From sequence record PV037725.1: a stretch of 64,000 bases of DNA. The stretch is one strand, 5' to 3'. Each line of letters opens with the position of its first letter. The stretch's first letter is position 1. The notes beneath the pieces were generated by a model that saw only the letters and a program-made list of their open reading frames with translations, ran no database searches and was not told the origin of the DNA. This document shows, one piece after another, positions 38,084 through 47,454 of this stretch. The position numbers were made by a program, and so were the translations under genes.

Positions 38084-39383
38084 CAACATCCTACCTTCGT
38101 TCAGCATCGTAGCTGACGATGATGGTCGACTGAGTCAAAAGAACCCACTGGGTACTCTGGCTCCTTTGAGCATCGAAGGGCGTCGTCTGGTCCTTCCGAC
38201 CAAGACCTGGATGAAGAAGGGTTTTGGTGAAGACCATTTGCCTTTCCACCCACTGTGTGAAGTAATGTCCCGTGAGGGTACTTCGCCAGTCATCCAACTG
38301 TTGCAGCGTCAAGCTAAAGCAGTTATCTCCTACAACGTATTCAGCCTGTTGCAAGGTCTGCTGCGCATTGCGGTTGATAAGGAATCTCACAAGGATCTCC
38401 CGATCGAATGTACCGACTTCCTGAAGAAGCTGAGTAATGCCGACAAAACCACTTCGGAACTGTTGGATAAGTTGCTGGGCGCCGCTACTAAGAAGAACCG
38501 TCTGTTGACTGTTTATCTGAAGAACGGCGGTAAGTACGATGGTAAGAAAGTTAACCGCACGGCAATCATCCGATTCCCGATCATGGAAGACTTGCAAGCT
38601 GATCTGACTAACACCAACGTGTTGGGTGTGACGATCCCTAAGAAACAACGTCCTACTCTGATCGCACTGTTCAAGTTGGTTCTGCCGTTCGGTGATAGCC
38701 CTGAGGAATACTCCTTCGGTACTACCGCTCGTGTAGCTCCTTACTACACTGCACTGCTGACTGCGTATCACAAAGTCATCACAGTTCTGAATCAGTCGAT
38801 CAATACCTACGCGCCAGTGTTGTCCACTGTAACCCCAATCGAGTTGTTCGAGTTGGATGCACTGGACGAGTTTTCGAAGATCTATAACGAACTCCCAGCC
38901 TTTAATGGTAACGAGGGTTCTACTAAAGATCAGCCTGAAGAAGCTAGTGAAACCACTAAGCCTAAAGCTCCAGTTCGTGAAAAGGCAGTGGTAGCTCAAG
39001 TGACACGTGAAACAGCTGGTGGTGCTGTATTGGCTCCAGCTCCAGTAGCTGAGCGTCCTAGTAGTGGTGGTGCATCGATGGCGGACTTCATGGCTGCCCT
39101 CAACCCACAACCGCAGTTCAACAACTACGGTCAACCACCGGCTACCAACTATGGTCACTACCCACAAGGTCAGTTCCCACAGAACGGCGGCAATGGTTTC
39201 AACAACGTGACTGGTTTCCAACAGCCACAGTACACTCAACCACCGCAGGGTAATCCATACGCACCGATCCCAACTGCTGCTCCATGGGAGCGTCAGCAAC
39301 AAGGTACGTGGGGTGGTCAACCGGCAAACCCATTCATGTCCGCAACTCCAACCGGTCGCGGTAACGGCATGGGTCTGATCTAA
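38058..39383 (+). CDS. conserved core protein (phiKZ gp70-like) with a long Q/P/G/N-rich tail
   Basis: 441 aa; low-complexity C-terminal ~150 aa; synteny. Confidence 0.7.
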   Translation: MSLTLASYNNILPSFSIVADDDGRLSQKNPLGTLAPLSIEGRRLVLPTKTWMKKGFGEDHLPFHPLCEVMSREGTSPVIQLLQRQAKAVISYNVFSLLQGLLRIAVDKESHKDLPIECTDFLKKLSNADKTTSELLDKLLGAATKKNRLLTVYLKNGGKYDGKKVNRTAIIRFPIMEDLQADLTNTNVLGVTIPKKQRPTLIALFKLVLPFGDSPEEYSFGTTARVAPYYTALLTAYHKVITVLNQSINTYAPVLSTVTPIELFELDALDEFSKIYNELPAFNGNEGSTKDQPEEASETTKPKAPVREKAVVAQVTRETAGGAVLAPAPVAERPSSGGASMADFMAALNPQPQFNNYGQPPATNYGHYPQGQFPQNGGNGFNNVTGFQQPQYTQPPQGNPYAPIPTAAPWERQQQGTWGGQPANPFMSATPTGRGNGMGLI

Positions 39384-39387
39384 GACG

Positions 39388-39428
39388 GCATAAGCTGGGG
39401 TCTTCGGACCCCAGTTTATTCCTTCATT
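39388..39428 (+). terminator. hairpin terminator
   Basis: GCATAAG-CTGGGGTC-TTCG-GACCCCAG-TTTATT. Confidence 0.8.
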
Positions 39429-39445
39429 TTTTCTATAGGTGTAAT

Positions 39446-39703
39446 ATGTCAGATTATAAAGATCGCATCGTTGAATACCCATGTCCTGGCGACACGTGGG
39501 TAGTCGAAGGGGATATACCCTATCTCACTGTAACTGGTATTACGCCTACCGGTGTTATCTACTACATCATCGGCTTAAATGCTGGACAGGTAACAAAAAA
39601 GATGGCTACCTTAGGTGCATTCAATGCGTTGTTGCTTGATCGAGGACTAGGGAATCCATATTACGCCACCGATAGTTGGATTAAAACCCACGGTGCATTC
39701 TAA
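39446..39703 (+). CDS. hypothetical protein
   Basis: 85 aa ORF, SD AGGTG. Confidence 0.7.
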   Translation: MSDYKDRIVEYPCPGDTWVVEGDIPYLTVTGITPTGVIYYIIGLNAGQVTKKMATLGAFNALLLDRGLGNPYYATDSWIKTHGAF

Positions 39704-40062
39704 CGCTTTAATGTCATGAAATATTGCTGTAGTTCGGCAATAGCATTAGGGTGTGGTTCAATGAACCTTGGTACCGAGCCATCAGAGTATGGATCACGTA
39801 ACGATGCTCCAAACTGACTTGGGTGGGTCATACCATTAACTCGCATCATGTACCAGAATTGCTCAGCACGATAACCTTTAGACTGTAGGAATCCATAGAA
39901 GTCACCTTCAAATTGGTAATACTCGTCTGCGGTGATTTCTTTTTGAACAGCGTAGATGGTCCGCAATTGCGGCATGTGCATCTCGATGATGTGCATGAAT
40001 ACTTTGTCATAGAACATGGTGGGGCCAGGCTTGAGCATCTGTGCAACGATTGTAAAGGCCAT
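39700..40062 (-). CDS. conserved hypothetical protein, possible LysM / T4 gp53-like wedge fold
   Basis: YQFEGDFYG...WYMMRVNGMTHP resembles the Y-GD..W-I..N-I..P pattern; weak. Confidence 0.5.
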   Translation of the reverse strand: MAFTIVAQMLKPGPTMFYDKVFMHIIEMHMPQLRTIYAVQKEITADEYYQFEGDFYGFLQSKGYRAEQFWYMMRVNGMTHPSQFGASLRDPYSDGSVPRFIEPHPNAIAELQQYFMTLKR

Positions 40063-40077
40063 GAAGGTCTCCCATAG

Positions 40078-40102
40078 ATTTTATTTCAGATTTATATTAC
40101 TA
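40078..40102 (+). promoter_or_regulatory. early promoter for nvRNAP beta/beta'
   Basis: TTTTATTTCAGATTTATATTACTA. Confidence 0.85.
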
Positions 40103-40132
40103 AGGTGTAGTTATATATGGTTGGGGGTGTAG

Positions 40133-40312
40133 ATGACTGATTCGTTAGAACGTATCGTTAGTAAAAATTTACCTGAGGGCAAACTATATGTAGAGGAAAG
40201 TATTAGTGAGAATTGGCACCGACATGTTAAACAGCATGGACCGGGGCCAGAGGCTTATGCCCTGTACAACCTAGCAATGTGTGAGTTTGAGGAAAACAAA
40301 TGTTCGAAATGA
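40133..40312 (+). CDS. small hypothetical protein (59 aa, not in ORF track)
   Basis: SD GGGGG, open frame overlapping the nvRNAP start. Confidence 0.5.
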   Translation: MTDSLERIVSKNLPEGKLYVEESISENWHRHVKQHGPGPEAYALYNLAMCEFEENKCSK

Positions 40313-42417
40313 AACGGGTTGCACGAGAGATCAATAACCGCTATGTGGGTAATGCTATCATTGACCCATGGCTCGGTACTACTTCTGCTGCTCGAGGCGC
40401 AATGTTGTTGGGTCAAGTTACTCAAGCCCCAACTATCATCGGTGCTGAGCCACGTATCTTCCAGACTGGTGGAGAACTACGGTTCGGCGAACATAACTTC
40501 GATATCCGTATCCCGGATGATTGCCAGATCCTAAACGTTGTTCGTAAGTATCCCACAGGTATGGGTGCTGACGCAATTCGACATAACCCTGAAACCACTA
40601 TCGTCTACGAGAACTATTACGACGAATACAAAACTGTAGGTATCGTTAAGGTACCTGAGTTCATGAGCTTCCACCAAACCTTCGGGTTCAAGTTGAAGCG
40701 CACTAAAGATGTGTGGGATAACATCCATCCAGGTGCAATGATCTCCAAAGACACTATCCTCGCTGAGTCTGTTGGTAAATCAGAAGACGGTCACTTCTGT
40801 GCGGGTATGAACGTTAACGCGTGCTTCATCTCTCATCATGCAACCATTGAAGACGGATTCTTGATCTCTGATGAGATTCTTGAGCAGTTTGCACCACGTG
40901 CATATGGTACAGCCATTGGTAGCTGTGGTCGTAAAAGTTTCTTCCTTTATGCCTATGGTGATAAGCAGTTCCCAGATATCGGTGATCGCATTCGTGAAGA
41001 CGGCGTTGTATTTGCGATGCGTGACCTCTCGGACGACTTGGCTCCAGCTGAAATGACCAAGCGTGCATTGTCTGATATCGACCGTACCTTTGACCGAGTT
41101 GTAATCGGTGAGCCGGGCGCAGTCGTTAAGGACATCAAGATCTATCGTGACGAACGTCAGAACCCAAGCTATATCCCATCGGGTATGGAAGGTCAGCTGG
41201 TTAAGTATTACGATGCTCTGTGCATGTACTATCGTGAGATCCTGCGCATCTATAACGATCTCAAGAAGAAGCGTAAAGACCGTCTGCGAATCTCTGACGA
41301 GTTTAACCAACTGATCGTTGAAGCCATGATCTATCTGCCACAAGCAGAAGGCCAACGTAAACTGACTCGCATGTATCGTCTGGACCCATTGGACGAATGG
41401 CGTGTAGAGATCACTTATGAATCCCTGAAGCAACCAGGCGGTGCGTACAAGATCACAGACTTCCACGGTGGTAAGGGGGTTGTTTGTAAGACCATGCCTC
41501 GAGCGATGATGCCTCGAGACCAATATGGGAACATTGCTGACGTAGCGATCTTTGGTGGTTCGACTATGCGTCGATCTAACTATGGTCGAATCTACGAACA
41601 TGGCTTTGGTGCAACTGTACGCGATCTGATCCAACGACTGCGTGTAGAAGCTGGTATGGAACGTCATGGGAATGACATCGATTCTAAGATTGGCCTGTCT
41701 CGTTCGATTTTGGCACACAAGCCTGAATGGATTGAGTATGCATTCAATGAACTCCAAGAACTCTGGTGGATCATTGCACCCACCATGCATGAGATCATGA
41801 AAGACCATCCGGATCGTAAGCAGTATGTTCACGATTGTCTGCTTGCTGGTTGGACTACAGTCTATACACCAATCGATGACACGACTCACTTGCCTACCGC
41901 GATGGACACGGTAATCAATAGTCGCTTCTGCCCGAACTACACACCAGTGACCTTCACTGACCCAGGTGGTAAAGTAGTAACCACCAAGAAGAACGTTCTG
42001 ATCGGTCCTCTGTACATGATGTTGCTTGAGAAGATCGGTGATGACTGGTCGTCTGTAGCATCTGTTAAAGTACAGCAGTTTGGCTTGCCGTCTAAGCTAA
42101 ACAACTTTGACCGTTCGAGTACACCTGGTCGTGAATCTGCTGTTCGATCGTTCGGTGAATCCGAGACTCGTTCTTATAACTGTACTGTAGGTCCTGAGGC
42201 GACGATGGAGTTGGTGGATCAAACCAACAACCCATTGGCTCACGTTGAAGTAGTAGAGCAGTTCCTGACTGCGGAGAAGCCATCCCGTATCGACCGAGCG
42301 GTTGATCGCGTGAAAGTTCCATTCGGTAACTCTCGTCCAGTTAGTCTGCTGGGTCACATGATGCAAACTCGAGGTATTGAATTCCAGTACTCGTCGAGCC
42401 CAGATGCGTCGCACTAA
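40300..42417 (+). CDS. non-virion RNAP beta-like subunit (phiKZ gp71-73-like), uninterrupted
   Basis: TIEDGFLISD, YKITDFHGGKGVV and IGPLYMMLLEK motifs of the RNAP beta C-half. Confidence 0.9.
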   Translation: MFEMKRVAREINNRYVGNAIIDPWLGTTSAARGAMLLGQVTQAPTIIGAEPRIFQTGGELRFGEHNFDIRIPDDCQILNVVRKYPTGMGADAIRHNPETTIVYENYYDEYKTVGIVKVPEFMSFHQTFGFKLKRTKDVWDNIHPGAMISKDTILAESVGKSEDGHFCAGMNVNACFISHHATIEDGFLISDEILEQFAPRAYGTAIGSCGRKSFFLYAYGDKQFPDIGDRIREDGVVFAMRDLSDDLAPAEMTKRALSDIDRTFDRVVIGEPGAVVKDIKIYRDERQNPSYIPSGMEGQLVKYYDALCMYYREILRIYNDLKKKRKDRLRISDEFNQLIVEAMIYLPQAEGQRKLTRMYRLDPLDEWRVEITYESLKQPGGAYKITDFHGGKGVVCKTMPRAMMPRDQYGNIADVAIFGGSTMRRSNYGRIYEHGFGATVRDLIQRLRVEAGMERHGNDIDSKIGLSRSILAHKPEWIEYAFNELQELWWIIAPTMHEIMKDHPDRKQYVHDCLLAGWTTVYTPIDDTTHLPTAMDTVINSRFCPNYTPVTFTDPGGKVVTTKKNVLIGPLYMMLLEKIGDDWSSVASVKVQQFGLPSKLNNFDRSSTPGRESAVRSFGESETRSYNCTVGPEATMELVDQTNNPLAHVEVVEQFLTAEKPSRIDRAVDRVKVPFGNSRPVSLLGHMMQTRGIEFQYSSSPDASH

Positions 42418-42427
42418 GAGGTAGTTC

Positions 42428-44407
42428 ATGCGTAAGATGAATGTGTACAATGCACGGGACTTGGTTGACATGTCCTATGATGATCTGTTTGCTATTCCTG
42501 ATGAGTGGCATAAGGTCAAGTTTGCTGATGGTGAACTGATTGTAAAAGATCGGATCACTAAACTCACGGCATGTCTGTGGGGTCCATTCAAAGACTACCC
42601 TGATGTGCCCATTCTCAAAGAGCACCATATCTTCGACAAACGCGTAACAGCTAAGTCGTTGGTTAAACTCGTAGAGAAAATCATCTGGCATATCCACGCT
42701 ACAAACCCAACACCAGTAGATCCAGAAGTATTGGCACGACTGGCAATCGAAGCGAAGAACACGTTCTATAATCAGGCGACTATTCGACTGAGTGAGTATG
42801 TGGCTACGCTGAGTATGTTCGAGATCAACGAGGTATGGCAACATCCTCTGGTGCGTGCAGCTAACACCAATATCGAACCGACTACCCACGGTATCGAGCA
42901 GGTGTCGTATAAACAACTCAAGGATGCTTTCCTAGATCCAAATGAGTTCAAGGGTAACTCCATCATTGAGGGTCTGAAGTCTGGTACACAAAAGCTTGAA
43001 CAGCTTTATCAGGCATTCGGTCCTCGGGGTTTCCCTACCGACATTAACTCTGATATCTTCCCTGAGCCTGTGCTTACGGGTTACATTGAAGGTATCTGGG
43101 GTCTCTATGAAAACATGGTTGAGTCTCGGTCTGGTACCAAGGCTCTACTGTATAACAAAGAACTCCTACGGGTTACTGAATACTTCAACCGTAAGTCTCA
43201 GCTGATTGCACAGTATGTAAACCAACTACATCGTGGTGACTGTGGTGCCGACTATATTACCTTCCCGGTGATGAAAGGTTATCTCAAAGCCATGAATGGT
43301 AAGTTCTATCTTAACGAAGAAACCGGTAAGATGGATGTAATGCGTGGGGACGAAGAACATCTGATCGGTAAACGAATCAAGATGCGTTCCGTAGTTGGTT
43401 GCAGACACCCTGATCCACAAGGTATCTGTACAACGTGTTATGGTCTACTTGCGGATAACATCCCTCGTGGTACCAACATTGGTCAAGTAGCTGCTGTATC
43501 CATGGGTGATAAAATCACCTCGGCAGTATTGTCCACTAAGCACACTGACGCAACTTCGGCAGTAGAGCAATATAAGCTGGGTGGTATCGAACTCAAATAT
43601 CTTCGTGAGGGTAGTCTATCGGAAACACTGTATCTCAAGAAAGAAATGGCTGGGTTAGGTTATAAGTTGATGATCTCCCGGAACGAAGCTGCCAACTTGG
43701 CTGACGTTCTGATGATCGATAACCTACACGGATATCCTCCAACTTCCGCATCTGAGATGACTAAACTGTGCTTGGCTCGACAAGTTGATGGTGTGGACGT
43801 CGGTGATGTTCTGACTGTTAGTTTGTATAACCGTAAAGCCAGTCTGTCGCTCGATATGCTGAAACATGTTAAGAAGGTTCAATGGCGCCCTGATGATAAG
43901 GGTAACATTGTAATTGACCTGGAGGGTTTCGATCACTCGTTGCCATTCCTGACGTTGCCGTATAAGCACGTTAACATGTACGAAGTAATGAAGCGGATTC
44001 AAAGCTTCTTGCACTCGGGTTCGGATACCGAAGGTTCTAAGTTGAGTTCCGACAAGGTAGGTTTTACTAGCAAGACCTATCTTAAGAACTACGAAAACGT
44101 CATTGAAGGTGTAGTTGCAACTGCGTCGCTGATCAACGAGAAGATTCATTTGCCTCTCGTACATTGTGAAGTGTTAGCGTATGCTATGACTATCAAATCT
44201 GCTCAGCGTAAAGACTACAACCTACCTAAGCCTGGTTATCTCGGTCAGTTTGAGAAGTATAACAAACTGATGCAATCCCGTGACCTGGCTGGTACGATGG
44301 CCTTTGAGAAACAACATGAGCCTTTCGCTAACCCAGCAAGCTTCCTCTATACTCAACGTAATGATCATCCATATGCTCTTATGGTGATGGGAGGCAAGCT
44401 CAACTAA
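42428..44407 (+). CDS. non-virion RNAP beta'-like subunit (phiKZ gp74-like)
   Basis: Zn site RSVVGC...GICTTCYG; SAVLSTKH trigger-loop region; GDCG. Confidence 0.88.
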   Translation: MRKMNVYNARDLVDMSYDDLFAIPDEWHKVKFADGELIVKDRITKLTACLWGPFKDYPDVPILKEHHIFDKRVTAKSLVKLVEKIIWHIHATNPTPVDPEVLARLAIEAKNTFYNQATIRLSEYVATLSMFEINEVWQHPLVRAANTNIEPTTHGIEQVSYKQLKDAFLDPNEFKGNSIIEGLKSGTQKLEQLYQAFGPRGFPTDINSDIFPEPVLTGYIEGIWGLYENMVESRSGTKALLYNKELLRVTEYFNRKSQLIAQYVNQLHRGDCGADYITFPVMKGYLKAMNGKFYLNEETGKMDVMRGDEEHLIGKRIKMRSVVGCRHPDPQGICTTCYGLLADNIPRGTNIGQVAAVSMGDKITSAVLSTKHTDATSAVEQYKLGGIELKYLREGSLSETLYLKKEMAGLGYKLMISRNEAANLADVLMIDNLHGYPPTSASEMTKLCLARQVDGVDVGDVLTVSLYNRKASLSLDMLKHVKKVQWRPDDKGNIVIDLEGFDHSLPFLTLPYKHVNMYEVMKRIQSFLHSGSDTEGSKLSSDKVGFTSKTYLKNYENVIEGVVATASLINEKIHLPLVHCEVLAYAMTIKSAQRKDYNLPKPGYLGQFEKYNKLMQSRDLAGTMAFEKQHEPFANPASFLYTQRNDHPYALMVMGGKLN

Positions 44408-44422
44408 ACTGGAGGTCGAGGC

Positions 44423-44448
44423 GACGGGAGGGCTTCGGCTCTCCCGTT
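44423..44448 (+). terminator. hairpin between nvRNAP and helicase genes
   Basis: GACGGGAGGGC-TTCG-GCTCTCCCGTT. Confidence 0.7.
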
Positions 44449-44465
44449 ACACTCGTTAATTTTTT

Positions 44466-46007
44466 ATGAAGCCCTTACTAATCGCAGAACGTTATACACA
44501 TGGAGTTCGCTTATCTGGGTATACACGAGAAACATTCGATAAGATGGCTGCTTTCCTTGAAGGGTTAAACCTCAAGGAGCCAAAGAAGCTGCCCGGTAAT
44601 CGAGTAATCATGGAACTCAAGAAGCGTTATTACGGTGTGTTCGAGGACTTCAGTGAGGTCTACATCCATCGCAATAGTCTTCCTGATCTCATTGGTTACC
44701 TTGAGAACCGCGGTATCCCTAAAGACTATGTGCAAATCATTGACATCCCTGTACCGCAAGCTGCATCAGCACACTACGACATGTACGAGATGTTTGTTCT
44801 TCGGGACTATCAAGAACTTATCGTTGAGGATATTCTCAGACCTGGGTACCATTCTGCTAGGGTGGACTTGCAAACGGGTAAGGGTAAGACACTCAGTGCA
44901 TTGGCTGCGCTTGCTAGACGGAAGTGTCGTTGTGTTGTCATGGTTCCACCTAAGTACTTCGGTATTTGGATTAAGGCTCTTAAGGAAACCTATAAAGGTT
45001 ATTCTGATGAGACTCTGAACTGGATGACTGTGTCTGGTTCCGCCGAACTACAGAAACTAATTGACAGAGGTATTGAGAATGACTTGGAGGGAGTCGACGT
45101 TATTGTTATTTCTAACGTCACTTACCGGTCGTACATCGACAACTATGAAAAGTATGGTTCGAAGATTTCTACCCTTGGCTATAATTGCCCGCCTCCGCGG
45201 TTCCATGAAGCCGTTGGTGTTGGCGTACAAATCAATGACGAAATCCAAGAAGATCCAGGTCTTGTTTTCCGTATCGATATGTATTCTAATATTAATCTTC
45301 AAATCTATCTGTCTGCTACTCCTTTTACGGGTAATGCCTATGTAACAAAGATGATTGAGAAGATGCTCCCACCGGATACCCTAGTAAGGTTACCGAACTT
45401 GGACGTCTATATCAACGTCATGTGTTTGAGGTATTGTGAACCTAGTATCAAACCTAAGGATTACTTAACCCCGTTCAAGAACACGTATAATCATGCGCGT
45501 TACGAAACGCAAATGATGAAAGACAAGAAACGATTAGTCTCATACAAATCCATGGTAGGTAACATCACCAAAGGTTTGTTTGTTAATGACCAGCTTCCCA
45601 AGCAGAAGCTATTGTTGCTCTGTGCTACGGTTGCGTTCATTGATGAAGTTGTAAACTATCTACAGGAAAGGTTCCCTGATCTTCAGATCAATGGCCATTA
45701 CTCAGGTAGTCCGTTTGAACGGTTGCAAAAGAATGACATCACTGTCTCGACGATTAAGTCTTCGGGTACAGGTGTAGACATCCACAACCTGAGGGAAGTA
45801 GGGCTACTACAGGCTACTGACTCTAAGAAAGATAACATCCAGATCTTGGGTCGACTACGGAAGTTGAAAGACTATCCTGATGTTGTACCACGCTTAACGT
45901 TCTTGGCTTGTGAGACAATACCTCACCACATGCGTTACGCGAACTCGAAGAGAGATCACTTTGATGGACGAGTCTTGAACTTTAAGACGATGCGAATTGG
46001 GATGTAA
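44466..46007 (+). CDS. SF2 helicase (phiKZ gp75-like)
   Basis: Walker A LQTGKGKT, Walker B NDEIQ, motif III LSATP, motif VI QILGRLRK. Confidence 0.88.
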   Translation: MKPLLIAERYTHGVRLSGYTRETFDKMAAFLEGLNLKEPKKLPGNRVIMELKKRYYGVFEDFSEVYIHRNSLPDLIGYLENRGIPKDYVQIIDIPVPQAASAHYDMYEMFVLRDYQELIVEDILRPGYHSARVDLQTGKGKTLSALAALARRKCRCVVMVPPKYFGIWIKALKETYKGYSDETLNWMTVSGSAELQKLIDRGIENDLEGVDVIVISNVTYRSYIDNYEKYGSKISTLGYNCPPPRFHEAVGVGVQINDEIQEDPGLVFRIDMYSNINLQIYLSATPFTGNAYVTKMIEKMLPPDTLVRLPNLDVYINVMCLRYCEPSIKPKDYLTPFKNTYNHARYETQMMKDKKRLVSYKSMVGNITKGLFVNDQLPKQKLLLLCATVAFIDEVVNYLQERFPDLQINGHYSGSPFERLQKNDITVSTIKSSGTGVDIHNLREVGLLQATDSKKDNIQILGRLRKLKDYPDVVPRLTFLACETIPHHMRYANSKRDHFDGRVLNFKTMRIGM

Positions 46008-46010
46008 TTA

Positions 46011-46036
46011 ACCCCTCCTTCGGGAGGGGCTTTATT
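46011..46036 (+). terminator. hairpin terminator (repeat family)
   Basis: CCCCTCC-TTCG-GGAGGGG-CTTTATT. Confidence 0.8.
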
Positions 46037-46041
46037 CCGTT

Positions 46042-46251
46042 ATGAGGTGTAATATGGGTTTTGCATTTACAATGGTAATGACGTTTCTGACGACAACGGC
46101 AGTGTGGTTAATTACAAAGGCATTTCATGCTCGCTGGGGTCAAGGTACCTATTCATCTGGTGTGGGTGCACCACTAATCATTGGTAGTACCGCGGGAGTA
46201 AGTTTCTTCTTCTGGGCTCATGTATCCATGGCGTTGTTCAATAGCTATTAA
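46042..46251 (+). CDS. small two-TM membrane protein
   Basis: Two hydrophobic helices in 69 aa. Confidence 0.7.
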   Translation: MRCNMGFAFTMVMTFLTTTAVWLITKAFHARWGQGTYSSGVGAPLIIGSTAGVSFFFWAHVSMALFNSY

Positions 46252-46262
46252 TTGGGGGTTAT

Positions 46263-46496
46263 ATGTGGTCGATTGAAACAATACGTAGTGTATTCTACGG
46301 TGGCGTACCCCTTATATTCTCGTTTCTATTCACTGGGTTGATGGCACTTTACATCTTTTCACGGTGGAAGAATACACCCTACATTGGGCAGCGTCGCCAT
46401 ATTAAGGAAACCCTTCAATGGTGTACGTTCTGGATTAAGGTACTCCTTGTTTGGGGTACGATTGCATTCATTCTCTATGGCATCGAGGTAAAGTAA
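46263..46496 (+). CDS. small two-TM membrane protein (WxNTP...WCTFW family)
   Basis: Paralog of the next gene. Confidence 0.75.
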   Translation: MWSIETIRSVFYGGVPLIFSFLFTGLMALYIFSRWKNTPYIGQRRHIKETLQWCTFWIKVLLVWGTIAFILYGIEVK

Positions 46497-46721
46497 ATGG
46501 TACTTGCAGCTAATTTCGCATTGGGCTCATTGATCGGATTCATGATACTGGTTCTGCTTAACCTAGGGCTTCTGGTGATCAGGGCTCAGTGGTTCAATAC
46601 GCCTGATGTTAACCATCAAAAGAAAATCACTGATTCTCTTAAGTGGTGTACCTTCTGGAGTAAGTGTACCCTGGCCAACACGGTCATTTTCTTTATTCTC
46701 TTTGCACTCACGGTGAATTGA
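46497..46721 (+). CDS. small two-TM membrane protein (WxNTP...WCTFW family)
   Basis: Paralog of the previous gene. Confidence 0.75.
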   Translation: MVLAANFALGSLIGFMILVLLNLGLLVIRAQWFNTPDVNHQKKITDSLKWCTFWSKCTLANTVIFFILFALTVN

Positions 46722-46931
46722 ATGTTCCAGTTAATTACAGCTGTACTAATGGCATGGCTTATGTTGTTCTGGTACATGCAGTGGAAGCCTCTACTAGCTC
46801 ATGTAAAAGATGATGGTACCTATATTCATGTTACTCACGTATTCCTTGCCTTGGCTCTTATGAGTGCCTTCACGGTGGTGTCCTACGCGCTCCTTGAGTA
46901 TGTAGTTAAATGGTTTATTAATGGAACGTAA
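46722..46931 (+). CDS. small two-TM membrane protein
   Basis: Two hydrophobic helices. Confidence 0.7.
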   Translation: MFQLITAVLMAWLMLFWYMQWKPLLAHVKDDGTYIHVTHVFLALALMSAFTVVSYALLEYVVKWFINGT

Positions 46932-46973
46932 TATAACCCTATATTACATCTGTGAATAGACAGGAGGTGTAGC

Positions 46974-47186
46974 ATGGAAATCATTCTAGCTATTGTACTT
47001 ATTGTCGACGCGGTCATGTTATCCAAATTCCTTGGATCAATGATACGCGCCAGGTTTAATCCCCTTGTTTACATCAACTCCAAGTTCTGGACTCGCGTTG
47101 GTATCCTGGTCATCTTCCATGTGGTGATGACTGTGATATCTTTGTTCGTCCTTTATATAGGTGCGATTGTAAGGGCAGCTCTGTGA
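46974..47186 (+). CDS. small two-TM membrane protein
   Basis: SD AGGAGG; TATATTAC at 46940-46947 upstream. Confidence 0.75.
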   Translation: MEIILAIVLIVDAVMLSKFLGSMIRARFNPLVYINSKFWTRVGILVIFHVVMTVISLFVLYIGAIVRAAL

Positions 47187-47194
47187 GGTAACGC

Positions 47195-47398
47195 GTGAAT
47201 AATAGTTTCAAGTATCGCATGAAGGTAAAGTCCGATAATTACTTTGACCTAATCAATCGAGGTTATGTCGTTAGTCAAACGGATTGCGCTGAAGGTGAGG
47301 CATGGTTGTTAACCAATAGCCCTAAATACCTCACGATGTTTGTAGAGGGTGATGGTATTGAGATTATCACACCCGCTATGGAAATCAAGCAGGACTAA
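47195..47398 (+). CDS. hypothetical protein
   Basis: 67 aa, GTG start, SD GAGGT. Confidence 0.65.
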   Translation: MNNSFKYRMKVKSDNYFDLINRGYVVSQTDCAEGEAWLLTNSPKYLTMFVEGDGIEIITPAMEIKQD

Positions 47399-47402
47399 TA
47401 CG

Positions 47403-47435
47403 GCATAAAGCCCCTCCGAAAGGAGGGGCAATATG
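47403..47435. terminator. bidirectional hairpin terminator (repeat family, minus orientation)
   Basis: GCATAAAGCCCCTCC-GAAA-GGAGGGGCAATATG between convergent genes. Confidence 0.8.
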
Positions 47436-47454
47436 TTGTATTTCTTTTTTTGTT

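Noticed and set aside
38091-39482. 463 aa antisense ORF over the gp70-like gene
   Set aside because: Shadow of a codon-biased sense gene; low-information translation.
40780-41889. 369 aa antisense ORF within nvRNAP beta (similar cases at 6547-7254 and 48405-49058)
   Set aside because: Fully overlaps motif-bearing or well-coupled genes on the other strand; typical antisense shadows.
40300-42417. Intron/HNH insertion in nvRNAP beta (phiKZ gp71-73 is interrupted)
   Set aside because: Single uninterrupted 705 aa ORF.
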